Shown: positions 8,901 to 16,070 of the stretch, in pieces
Layout: each line of letters begins with the position of its first letter
How positions within the stretch are numbered: position 1 is the stretch's first letter
Source of the DNA: Thermodesulfobacteriota bacterium
GTDB taxonomy: Bacteria > Desulfobacterota > Desulfobacteria > Desulfobacterales > JARGFK01
NCBI GenBank assembly: GCA_040757625.1
Contig: JBFLWU010000010.1
Location: forward strand, 56,898-120,897
Direction: 5' to 3'
Length of the DNA: 64,000 bases
Position numbers and translations under genes: made by a program
Notes under the pieces: model-generated
Database searches by the model: none
The model's input: only the letters and a program-made list of their open reading frames with translations
What the model was told of the DNA's origin: nothing

Positions 8901-11239
8901 ACTTGACAGTTTGAGCTGTTTTTCGCAAACCAAGTCAGATCGTCCAGCAGGGTGCTGCCGTTCAACGTCCCGCAGTTTGCGGAAGCGGTCGTGTCGCCGG
9001 TGTCGCCGTCATTCTGCCCGGAGGTGCCGGTAAAACTGACGACATCGGGGTTGACGTCCGCGGTGGAGGCCCCTTCGGTAATAATCAAAATGTTATTGTC
9101 CTGACAGTAGGCGGTGATGGGATCCACCGCCCCGGCATCCATGCCTACGATCTTGTAATCGGTGCTGTTCAGGCGCATCAGGGCGCCGTTAGTCCCATCC
9201 CGCTGGGTGTAATAGCCGATGGCGTTGTAAATAGCCTCGGCAAGAGGCGTCCAGGATGTGGCCTTAATGCTGTTGATGGCATTCACCAGGCTGGTAGTGT
9301 GAGCGCTGGACTTGTCGATTTCGGAAATCAGTTTGGCCGCGTCTTTATTGGTGGGATCCGTACACTTGTAAAGAACAAAGGGGTCTGCCGTGCTGCACTC
9401 GGCATTAGAACCCTCATGATTAAACACCATGGCGCCAATGCGAATATCATTGGCAAATTCCTGCAAGAGCCCGCTGGGAGCGCTGGTCCGCTCGATCATC
9501 CCCCTCATGACCAGCAGCGGCTGGCCGAGTTGCGCCACCACCCCGGAATCGGTCAAGAGGGCCGGTATGTTCCAGAATTCCTCGGTGGCGCCGGTCACCG
9601 GGCTGGTCCCGGCGATCTGGTCGCTGGGATCCACCACCTGCGGGATTTCGGTCTGGCCGCAGTAATCCTGCAAGGCCTGCTCAATGCAGGCATCCGCATC
9701 CGCATAGCCGGCCGCATCCCAGCCGCCTGTCACCACACCGGTATAATCCCATTTCTGGCATTCCCCGGTTGTGGGATGGGTCTTGGTACAGGTGGGCGTG
9801 CCCGACGCCGGCTTCCAGCAGCGCCCCACATAACCGATCTTGGTGCTGGGGTCGGCATCACCGTCCCAGACACCGAAGCAGACATACCCCCCCATGTCCG
9901 TGGTGATGTCCCAGGGTTGGGTGGTTCCGGCTGCCGGATAGATGGCTTCGCAGGCCGGTTTGATGGCCTGCACCGGGCCGCTGCCCGACGGCCAGGTGCC
10001 CTGTTTGGCCACGTACCAGCAGTTGTGAATGGAATGGTTGAAGGCGGCATTGAAGTTGGAAGTATCACCGGTATTGCCCGAGGCCAGGGCATTGTCGGCC
10101 ATGCAGGTATCGATGTCTTGTTTGATCTGGCCCTGGTTGGGGCTTGCCGAGTTTAATTCTTCGATGGCGTCCTGGCAGGCGTCGTTGTTATATCCGCCGG
10201 CAATGGTTTCAAAAATCTCGATCTGGGTCACATTGTAAGGCTCCCATTTCGGCCGCGTGGCATCGCCGGCATTGTCAGCGTCCGTCCCGCCGCTGGCGCT
10301 GGCCGTGCCCCCGGAAGTGGCAATGTACATGGAACCTTCATCAATGGAGTTGGCCTTGGTGGGATCAACAACGATATCGCCGGTCACATAAGGCGCCCCA
10401 GCTGTCCAGCGCGTCTTGGTATAGAGCGCCCAGCGGGGGGCCGGCGGAGAAGCCAGGGTGTTATCGTTTACCGTACTGACGGTACCGGATGTGCCGGCGG
10501 TCGTACACTTATACAGGTCCCCGCCGTCGCTGACTATCTTTCCGACTGCATAGGCTGTTGAGGCCTTCCAAGCGTCAAATTTGTCCTCTTTGGGCGGCCG
10601 CACCCCCAGGGTCACGGATTTGGCATTTCCCCCTGAGTCGGTTACCGCGATTTCCCGGACCATCCGTCTTTCCAGGCAGCCGCGCGATTCCATCACCAGC
10701 TTGCTGCTTTCATATTTCCCGCCGGTCAGAATTTTTTTCTGTATGTCGAGCTTGGACCCCGCGGCCCAGTTCAAAAAATTGCCGCTGGCCTTAAAAGCCG
10801 TAACGTTCAAGACCCCGTTGACTTTGATATAAATGATGTTTGCCGACGAATAAATATCCGTGGATGCGGCCGAGTCATAGAGACTGGCACTGGTGGAGTT
10901 CAGCCGGAACATTCTGTTGGTAAGGTCATAGACATACATTTCGGACGGTGTAAAATAGCCGGCATAAGTTATCCCATTATCATAGGAACTGTCGTAGCAG
11001 TAACTGGCGTCATTAACATAAGCCAAGTCCAGCATACTGGCGGAGTTGTCGATCACCAGGAGAAGATTGGGATCCACGCCGCCGGAAAGAAACGGCGGAG
11101 TGGCGTTGTCGCTGGCGCAGATGCCGGCCGAACTGGTGGGAAAGGCCGCCAGGGCCTTGCCGGGAGAAAATTCGCCGGCCGCCGCCAGCAGCGTTGCCAT
11201 CGCCAGAATCATCACTATATGTTTGCAGGAGCGTTTCAT
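5996..11239 (-). CDS. PilY1/PilC-like type IV pilus tip adhesin, giant cysteine-rich form with vWA-like N-domain
   Basis: ATG 11239 is preceded by AAGGAGG. Signal peptide MKRSCKHIVMILAMATLLAAAG...ALA. MIDAS-like LLLVIDNSASM. PilY1 beta-propeller-type motif YFGGNDGMMHAVNGG in the C-terminal half. It follows a PilX-like gene, as in fimU-pilVWXY1 operons. Confidence 0.8.
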   Translation of the reverse strand: MKRSCKHIVMILAMATLLAAAGEFSPGKALAAFPTSSAGICASDNATPPFLSGGVDPNLLLVIDNSASMLDLAYVNDASYCYDSSYDNGITYAGYFTPSEMYVYDLTNRMFRLNSTSASLYDSAASTDIYSSANIIYIKVNGVLNVTAFKASGNFLNWAAGSKLDIQKKILTGGKYESSKLVMESRGCLERRMVREIAVTDSGGNAKSVTLGVRPPKEDKFDAWKASTAYAVGKIVSDGGDLYKCTTAGTSGTVSTVNDNTLASPPAPRWALYTKTRWTAGAPYVTGDIVVDPTKANSIDEGSMYIATSGGTASASGGTDADNAGDATRPKWEPYNVTQIEIFETIAGGYNNDACQDAIEELNSASPNQGQIKQDIDTCMADNALASGNTGDTSNFNAAFNHSIHNCWYVAKQGTWPSGSGPVQAIKPACEAIYPAAGTTQPWDITTDMGGYVCFGVWDGDADPSTKIGYVGRCWKPASGTPTCTKTHPTTGECQKWDYTGVVTGGWDAAGYADADACIEQALQDYCGQTEIPQVVDPSDQIAGTSPVTGATEEFWNIPALLTDSGVVAQLGQPLLVMRGMIERTSAPSGLLQEFANDIRIGAMVFNHEGSNAECSTADPFVLYKCTDPTNKDAAKLISEIDKSSAHTTSLVNAINSIKATSWTPLAEAIYNAIGYYTQRDGTNGALMRLNSTDYKIVGMDAGAVDPITAYCQDNNILIITEGASTADVNPDVVSFTGTSGQNDGDTGDTTASANCGTLNGSTLLDDLTWFAKNSSNCQVSQMNDADGNPQDKQNIATHIVVAGTLRDTGAADECNPKVLLEAAAANGGTALYEAADPTQLENTLRAAFAAIRAGAAAGSAASVISASRSGEGAAYQAIFWPSVDLASGDKVQWIGEVHSLLVDAYGQLYEDSNGDHALDSGDQRIVFFFDQSINQTKACVGDLDAGGACTGSTLNLEDVKYHWSAAQWLAEIQPTAASATAAGDILQNRTLVGTTTGFISNVKKRYIFTWNDLDNDGIVDSNELLDFTPGTSWSGLSVSGGRGPVPLDFGVQTNAEVDTIIRWLRGLDYTPDNLRLRQMPYDFDHNGVDETITWRLGDVIHSTPISVAAPAEGYHFLYRDNSYAQFVAAYKKRRHMIYFGGNDGMMHAVNGGFYNEAQKKFCRTSDCSVNTNTPDLGAELWAYVPYNLLPHLNCMTSAGYQHKYYVDQRPRIFDVRLWPATGDTTHVGGWGTLLVGAMRLGGGKVRPGVLDLNGNAAADYPADTREFTSAYFVMDITDPEKPPVLLAEMTRTTSGSEAELGFTLAIPTLVVMKNAGPPVTYKWYLVMGSGPTSVSGSSNQSASVAVLPLEWLGQGGSTARGFRIPSGAPSVANNEGGQFVLAYTSNSFVSDPITVDFELEENFKSDVVYFGTVSGTSAPYGGGLQRLVTRKINSVTGKQDETLPSDWSGLLSASSLTNPLPLINTSQPVTASASVGTDGKNYWVYFGTGRFLETGDKSDTSQQTYYGIKEPLSFSGSTSNCQASFTWETVEKTDVDDFHHNSTPGDQGLLDVTKIQVHQATTAHAAILSCSDGSTSCLEISPTTLTTFDTLESYIAGTGTGCDTGTDSSGTDGWYKDLTLSKERNLGQATLLGGLVTYTSYQPYADPCLPEGLGYLYGVYFRTGTSFYIPIFISAFSTGVDTTTGGVIDRVALGRGLATTPNLHVGRQEGAKAFVQTSTGTIVEIPQPNLPIQNAKTGKASWGEVK

Positions 11240-11378
11240 GGATTGACCTCCTTTGCTTCCGCTGACATTCAATACTTTTATTTGATTATCCAATTTTCTG
11301 TAATCCAATTTCAAATAGTCCCCCCTTTTTTCCCGCTTTTTCGACAAGGGATTGGGAGGGATTCTAATTTATAAGTCA

Positions 11379-11981
11379 TCAGTAGTTGCAGGCCCCTTCC
11401 TGCCCGATCACATGGCGCCACTGAACCCGAATGACGGACTGGCTGCCGGCGATCCCCACATGCTGGGAATGCATGTCATATATGATATAGGCCCCGCCGG
11501 CGCCGGCGCCCTTGCCCTTGCCTTCATAACCGCTGACCATCTGGATGGCATTGCCGGTTGAGTACTTGGTGTTGCCTCCCACGGTCAGGTTGTTATGGGG
11601 CTGGCTGCCGCTGTAATTCTCTGGAAAGTAAAAATGACGGTTGGCGTCGGTCGGGACAGTGGCGACCGCATCGGTATTTTCCCATAACGTCAGATCGGTC
11701 ACCCTCACCGAACCCACATTGCGCTGCCCCCCGCCCAGGGTATCGGTAAAACCGCCGGCACAGCCCAGATTCTGTTCCAGCAGCTCGGCCCCGATGTCGA
11801 TGCCGCCGTCGGCCGCATAAAAAGCCAGTTTGTGCAGGCGGTCATTGGAGGCGATCTGCATTTCCAGTGAGGCTGTTGTGGTAATAGCAATGCCGATGAG
11901 GGTCAACAGCATCAAAATGATAATGGCAATTACCATCAACGACCCCTTTTCATTATTTAAAATGATTGCTATCGGTCGCAT
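11379..11981 (-). CDS. PilX-like type IV pilus minor pilin/assembly protein
   Basis: 200 aa. N-terminus NEKGSLMVIAIIILMLLTLIGIAITTTASLEMQIASN matches the PilX_N pattern. Located immediately upstream of the PilY1-like gene. Confidence 0.65.
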   Translation of the reverse strand: MRPIAIILNNEKGSLMVIAIIILMLLTLIGIAITTTASLEMQIASNDRLHKLAFYAADGGIDIGAELLEQNLGCAGGFTDTLGGGQRNVGSVRVTDLTLWENTDAVATVPTDANRHFYFPENYSGSQPHNNLTVGGNTKYSTGNAIQMVSGYEGKGKGAGAGGAYIIYDMHSQHVGIAGSQSVIRVQWRHVIGQEGACNY

Positions 11982-11992
11982 ATCGGAACCTC

Positions 11993-12397
11993 TTATATAT
12001 TCGACTTGTAATAAGTAAAAGACACGTTCTTGGGATTGCCCCGGTCACTGTAGGACACATTGACAATAATGGTTTTGGTGTTGGGCATCACGTCGTTTTC
12101 CGTCACAGTCCAGGATATGGTGTATCGGCCCTGAGTTCCCCCGGAATGAGGATTGCCGGCCGGGTCCAGGTCAATGTGGTCGTAAGGCCTTACGATCAGG
12201 CTTTCAAGCCTGTCGGCCGCCCATGTGGCCGCCCCGGTCAAGACATTGGCGGTCGCATTGCCGTGGATTCCGGAGACCTGCATGGAAGCCACCGCCAGCA
12301 TGCCGACGGCAAAAATGGAAACTGCGATCAGGATCTCGATCATGGTAAATCCGCTTTCTGTGCCCAGTAAACTCTTTGACAGGTTTATCCGTTTCAT
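11993..12397 (-). CDS. PilV-like type IV minor pilin
   Basis: ATG 12397 is preceded by AGGAAGG. Prepilin motif MKRINLSKSLLGTESG/FTMIEILIAVSIFAVGMLAVASMQ. Confidence 0.7.
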   Translation of the reverse strand: MKRINLSKSLLGTESGFTMIEILIAVSIFAVGMLAVASMQVSGIHGNATANVLTGAATWAADRLESLIVRPYDHIDLDPAGNPHSGGTQGRYTISWTVTENDVMPNTKTIIVNVSYSDRGNPKNVSFTYYKSNI

Positions 12398-12408
12398 AGC
12401 GAGCCTTC

Positions 12409-13056
12409 CTATGTACCCAGCCCCAGGTTGCGGCAATTGACCTGCTCGGACAATACGCTGCGATGGTAGCCGTCATTGTAAGGGCCGAATGTTTTTGTTC
12501 CCGATTTATTGGAGTAAGTCAACGTGTTGACATAGTCGTTGGTTGTGCGGCCGGTTCGGGCCACCAGGGTGACCTCGATCGAACGGATGTCGGATAGCGT
12601 GGCGGTCACGTTATTATTCGCATCCAGATACACGAACCAGAGTTCCTGAATGTTTTGGGCAACCGGTTGGTTCGTCGTCGGGTTTTTACGACCCAGCTTC
12701 TGGATGCCCCCGGATGTATAAAGTGAATAGGTCAAATCTTCGCCGCTGTCGGTAACATCGCCGTCACCGTTTTCGTCTTTGGTAAACCGAAGAGACGTAT
12801 TGGTCCATTCGCCCGAAACGATTCCAACGCCGGTGCTGCCGGATGGATTAAAACCGGCCATGCGCAGTTCCCGGGTGATCAGATACATGGCCGCCCTCAA
12901 ATTCTGCTGCATCATGGCGATTTCTTCCTGCAATATATAAGACCGCTGCTGGGACTGGTAGGTCGAATAGATACCCGACAAAACAACCCCGGAAATCACC
13001 ATGGCCACCAGGATTTCAACCAGGGTAAACCCTCTGAAGTTTGCTCTCACCGTCAT
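12409..13056 (-). CDS. PilW-like type IV minor pilin
   Basis: Prepilin motif MTVRANFRG/FTLVEILVAMVISGVVLSGIYSTY, followed by the PilW-type segment QQNLRAAMYLITRELRMAGF. Confidence 0.7.
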   Translation of the reverse strand: MTVRANFRGFTLVEILVAMVISGVVLSGIYSTYQSQQRSYILQEEIAMMQQNLRAAMYLITRELRMAGFNPSGSTGVGIVSGEWTNTSLRFTKDENGDGDVTDSGEDLTYSLYTSGGIQKLGRKNPTTNQPVAQNIQELWFVYLDANNNVTATLSDIRSIEVTLVARTGRTTNDYVNTLTYSNKSGTKTFGPYNDGYHRSVLSEQVNCRNLGLGT

Positions 13057-13082
13057 CGTTTAACCTCTCAACGTCTTTGCGG

Positions 13083-13595
13083 TTATTCAAGGTACACGCT
13101 GCCCGCCGGCGACACCACCACTTTGGTGGATCTTCCATTGGTGTTGCTGATCTGGACCTCACGGGAGGGAACCGAGGCAAACCCTCCCGCGCTGCCGTCC
13201 ACCGGAATTCCCGTGGGTTGAAAAGCCATGCAGGGCCGTCCCCCCATAGTGGTATCAAATGTATTAAAGGCGAGGCTGACCACCAGACTTTTATAACCGG
13301 CCCAGGAGACATCCGCCACAACCTCTTCACCGTCATTGGCGTAGTTGATATTCGTATCCACGAAAGCCGTATACCCGCTGTTGTCGCTCTTAAAGCAAAC
13401 CGCCACGTTGGTGTTGTTCTTGACGGACGCCAGTTTGGCTTTTTGAAAATTCGACAACAGATCCTGGGACGCCGATCGTAAGCGGTAGTTCGGCAGCCAT
13501 TGAATGAAGTTGGGGATTGCAATGGCAGTAACCGTCGCCATCAGGGCGATGATAATGAGCAGTTCAACAATTGTAAATCCGGATTGTTTTCGCAT
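13083..13595 (-). CDS. FimT/FimU/GspH-like minor pilin (paralog 1)
   Basis: Preferred start is ATG 13595, with AGGAG 7 nt upstream; the track ORF starts at 13619. Leader MRKQSG/FTIVELLIIIALMA. GspH-type segment YRLRSASQDLLSNFQKAKLASV. Two conserved Cys. Confidence 0.7.
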   Translation of the reverse strand: MRKQSGFTIVELLIIIALMATVTAIAIPNFIQWLPNYRLRSASQDLLSNFQKAKLASVKNNTNVAVCFKSDNSGYTAFVDTNINYANDGEEVVADVSWAGYKSLVVSLAFNTFDTTMGGRPCMAFQPTGIPVDGSAGGFASVPSREVQISNTNGRSTKVVVSPAGSVYLE

Positions 13596-13834
13596 TTTCA
13601 TTCTCCTGACCTTATTCATACAAGTTTTATGCCAGGCTGCATCCAGGGGGAAGAAAAGGTCGGTCGGATAACCGAATTAAAGGCATCCCAATCCATCACT
13701 CTGAATTTACAACAGATAATACATTCTTCTTTCTTGAAAACTTTCTGCCTGCATCGCAACTGCCGACATGTATGTACCAACCGCTTACTACAGCTATAAA
13801 AACATTTAATTGTCTATTAAATATTTTTATAGCC

Positions 13835-14329
13835 TTATTCTATCCGAATATGGCCCGCCTGCGAGATGATCACCCGTGTGGTTCGCTCATTCGTATTGCT
13901 GATCGGCGTCGAACCGGAAGCAAACCCGCCGCCGTTGTCTGCCGGAATCCCGGTGGGACGAAAAGCGATACAGGGTTCACCGCCGGAGCTGTCAAAAGTT
14001 ATCGCTGCCGGATTAACGCTGATGCTTTTATAATCTTCCCACGCTACCTGAGTGACGATTTCTTCGGCACTGTCTTTCTCAAAATCGATATCCGTATCAA
14101 CAAACATGAAATATCCGTTGTCGTTGAAACAAACTACCGTATTGACATTTTGTTTGACAGCATTCAGCTTTGCCTTCTGGAAATTGGAAAACAAATCATG
14201 GCATGCCGATCTCAGGCGGTAATCCGGCAGCCAGTCGATAAGGCTGGGAATTGCGATAGTGGTGACTATGGCAACAAGTGCGATGGCAACAAGGAGTTCG
14301 ACAACGGTAAATCCGGTACTTTTATCCAT
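13835..14329 (-). CDS. FimT/FimU/GspH-like minor pilin (paralog 2)
   Basis: GGAGG RBS. Leader MDKSTG/FTVVELLVAIALVA. Colinear with paralog 1 (YRLRSACHDLFSNFQKAKLNAV ... PCIAFRPTGIP). Confidence 0.7.
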   Translation of the reverse strand: MDKSTGFTVVELLVAIALVAIVTTIAIPSLIDWLPDYRLRSACHDLFSNFQKAKLNAVKQNVNTVVCFNDNGYFMFVDTDIDFEKDSAEEIVTQVAWEDYKSISVNPAAITFDSSGGEPCIAFRPTGIPADNGGGFASGSTPISNTNERTTRVIISQAGHIRIE

Positions 14330-14484
14330 CCTTCATTTCCTCCTGCAAGCTATACAAACGTTAAAGCATGCCCCCGCCGTAAGGGCTTTGAAAATTGCCC
14401 CTGTTGCTCAATTGCAAGACAGAAAGATAGAAAATGTTAATTAGAGAAGCCGAGTGCTTTGAAGTATAATCAGCCGGGACGGAC

Positions 14485-14631
14485 TAGAAGTCGTTTCAAA
14501 ACCTCGGATCAGGTCTGAGAGCAAGGCGCAAGCCGATGAAAAAGCGCAGCATACACGGGAGTATGTGAGCATTTTGAAGAGGCTTGCAACACAGCTATCA
14601 GGCCTCAGATGGGGTTTTGAAATGACTTCTA
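14485..14631. repeat. Structured intergenic repeat, family 2, copy A (147 bp rod-like hairpin element)
   Basis: 19-bp terminal inverted repeats TAGAAGTCGTTTCAAAACC / GGTTTTGAAATGACTTCTA (1 mismatch). Internal stems GCAAGCC (14528-14534) / GGCTTGC (14581-14587) and CATAC/GTATG (14550-14565). Related copies at 33498-33614 and 43590-43736. Confidence 0.7.
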
Positions 14632-14812
14632 ACAATTTTAGCTTTCCCCGTGGAGCAGACTTTGTCCCCATGCAAGTTAAGAATGGGTTTCATTGGACAA
14701 GCATCTTACAGGGCAGGCGCCGGGTTTGAAGAATAAAGAGTGTTCTGTAACGATCCCGTCCGTTTTATTGAAGATAATTATCACTTTAGCAGGGGCATGA
14801 CACCTGCATCAA

Positions 14813-15184
14813 TTATTGAATAAGTTTGTTTAAAATTTCCGCAATTCGATCCCAGGTGTTTACAAACAAACTCCATATCGCATAAGAAAATCTTACAATT
14901 ATAATCCAGGTTTCAACGGCAAATTTTTTGAAAAACTGCGTCATGGGCTTTGACCAGCCCAGCATCCAGAAATAGGCAAACAACGCCCCCCAGCATATAA
15001 AACAGGCCGTATAGGCTTTCCAGTCCGTCGGCTTTTCGGCGATTCCCTGCCTGTTCACAGGGCCGACCTTTTTCTTGCAGTAGCTGCATTCCGTCGCATT
15101 AACAATGAGATGGGTTGAACAATAGGGGCAAATCTTGGTTAGCCCAGAGGTTTTATCCTTTTTGATTTCGTCTCTCTCGCTCAT
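14813..15184 (-). CDS. Zinc-ribbon domain membrane protein, function unknown
   Basis: ATG 15184 is preceded by AGGTGG; the track start at 15193 is GTG. CPYC-x12-CSYC zinc ribbon, followed by two predicted TM helices (YTACFICWGALFAYFWMLGW; TWIIIVRFSYAIWSLFV). Confidence 0.5.
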   Translation of the reverse strand: MSERDEIKKDKTSGLTKICPYCSTHLIVNATECSYCKKKVGPVNRQGIAEKPTDWKAYTACFICWGALFAYFWMLGWSKPMTQFFKKFAVETWIIIVRFSYAIWSLFVNTWDRIAEILNKLIQ

Positions 15185-15251
15185 GGCTGCCACCTATAGT
15201 GAAAAATGTTGACTCCTACAATGCTCTCCTACGCCTTGTCTGCAGGTGCCA

Positions 15252-16070
15252 TTATCGTCCCTTGATAAAATCCACCGCATTTTTCAGCATTCCGATGCCG
15301 GGCGGAAGGTCTCCCGGAAAACCGCGGCCCTGTCGCCGGAGCAACGCCTTCCTGCGGGTCCAGTCAGGATGATTGGTCCAGTGGTTGTATGCCTCCGGGT
15401 GCGGCATCAGCCCGAATACCCGGCCGGATGGATCGCAGATGCCGGCGATATCTTCCAGGGATCCGTTGGGATTGAACGGAAACTGCCCGCCGGCCGCCGT
15501 GCCGTCCGGCCGGGCGTAGCGCAGCGCCACGAGATTCTCCTGCAGCAGGCGGGAAAGGATCGCTTCTCGGGCATAAAATTTTCCCTCTCCGTGCCGGATG
15601 GGTAGTTCAATAGCGTCTATTCCCCTGGTAAAGATGCAGGGACAATCCGGATTTGCCTTCAGGTTGACCCAATCGTTGCGAAAGTTGCCGCAGTCGTTAT
15701 GGGTCAGCGCGATGGTTCGCTGTCCGTAGTCCCCCCCCAGTCCCGGCAGCAGGCCCAGATTCACCAGGGTTTGAAATCCGTTGCAGATGCCGATCACCAG
15801 GTTTTGCCTTTCCACGAATTCGAGGATCTTGTCACCGATATTCGTTTTCAGTCGAACGGCCTGGATCACCCCGGCGCCGTGATCGTCCCCCCAGCTGAAA
15901 CCGCCCACAAACGCCATGATATCAAAACCGTCCAAGGGAACGCTGCCGTCGATCAGGGAGTTAATGTGTACCCGCACCGCCACCGCCCCGGCCAGTTCAA
16001 AAGCAAAGGCGGTTTCATGATCGCAGTTCAGACCGTAACCGGCGAGCACCAGAACCTTGACAGTACTCAT
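15252..16070 (-). CDS. purQ: Phosphoribosylformylglycinamidine synthase, glutamine amidotransferase subunit (PurQ-like)
   Basis: 272 aa. Class I GATase nucleophile elbow GICNGFQ and HPE at the C-terminus. 4-nt overlap with the upstream purL. Confidence 0.85.
   Translation of the reverse strand: MSTVKVLVLAGYGLNCDHETAFAFELAGAVAVRVHINSLIDGSVPLDGFDIMAFVGGFSWGDDHGAGVIQAVRLKTNIGDKILEFVERQNLVIGICNGFQTLVNLGLLPGLGGDYGQRTIALTHNDCGNFRNDWVNLKANPDCPCIFTRGIDAIELPIRHGEGKFYAREAILSRLLQENLVALRYARPDGTAAGGQFPFNPNGSLEDIAGICDPSGRVFGLMPHPEAYNHWTNHPDWTRRKALLRRQGRGFPGDLPPGIGMLKNAVDFIKGR

Noticed and set aside
5936-11347. Many long ORFs antisense or out of frame within the PilY1-like gene (for example 5936..6988+, 9299..10156+, 8374..8889-, 8444..8914+).
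   Set aside because: They are nested inside a 5.2-kb gene with clear PilY1/vWA motifs. Their products are Arg/Pro/Gly-rich low-complexity sequences typical of shadow ORFs in GC-rich coding DNA, and no RBS or motifs are seen.
14330-14480. Search for a sigma54 (-24 GG / -12 GC) promoter upstream of the minor-pilin operon.
   Set aside because: The candidate GG...GC pairs (GGCATGCTTTAACG, GGCAATTTTCAAAGC) have wrong spacing or lack the TTGC element. No convincing match.
14441-14671. 76-aa ORF on the minus strand between the FimT-like and zinc-ribbon genes.
   Set aside because: It coincides with the family-2 hairpin repeat. The sequence (…CVASLFKMLTYSRVCCAFSSACALLS…) looks like translated palindrome, and related copies elsewhere do not preserve an ORF.
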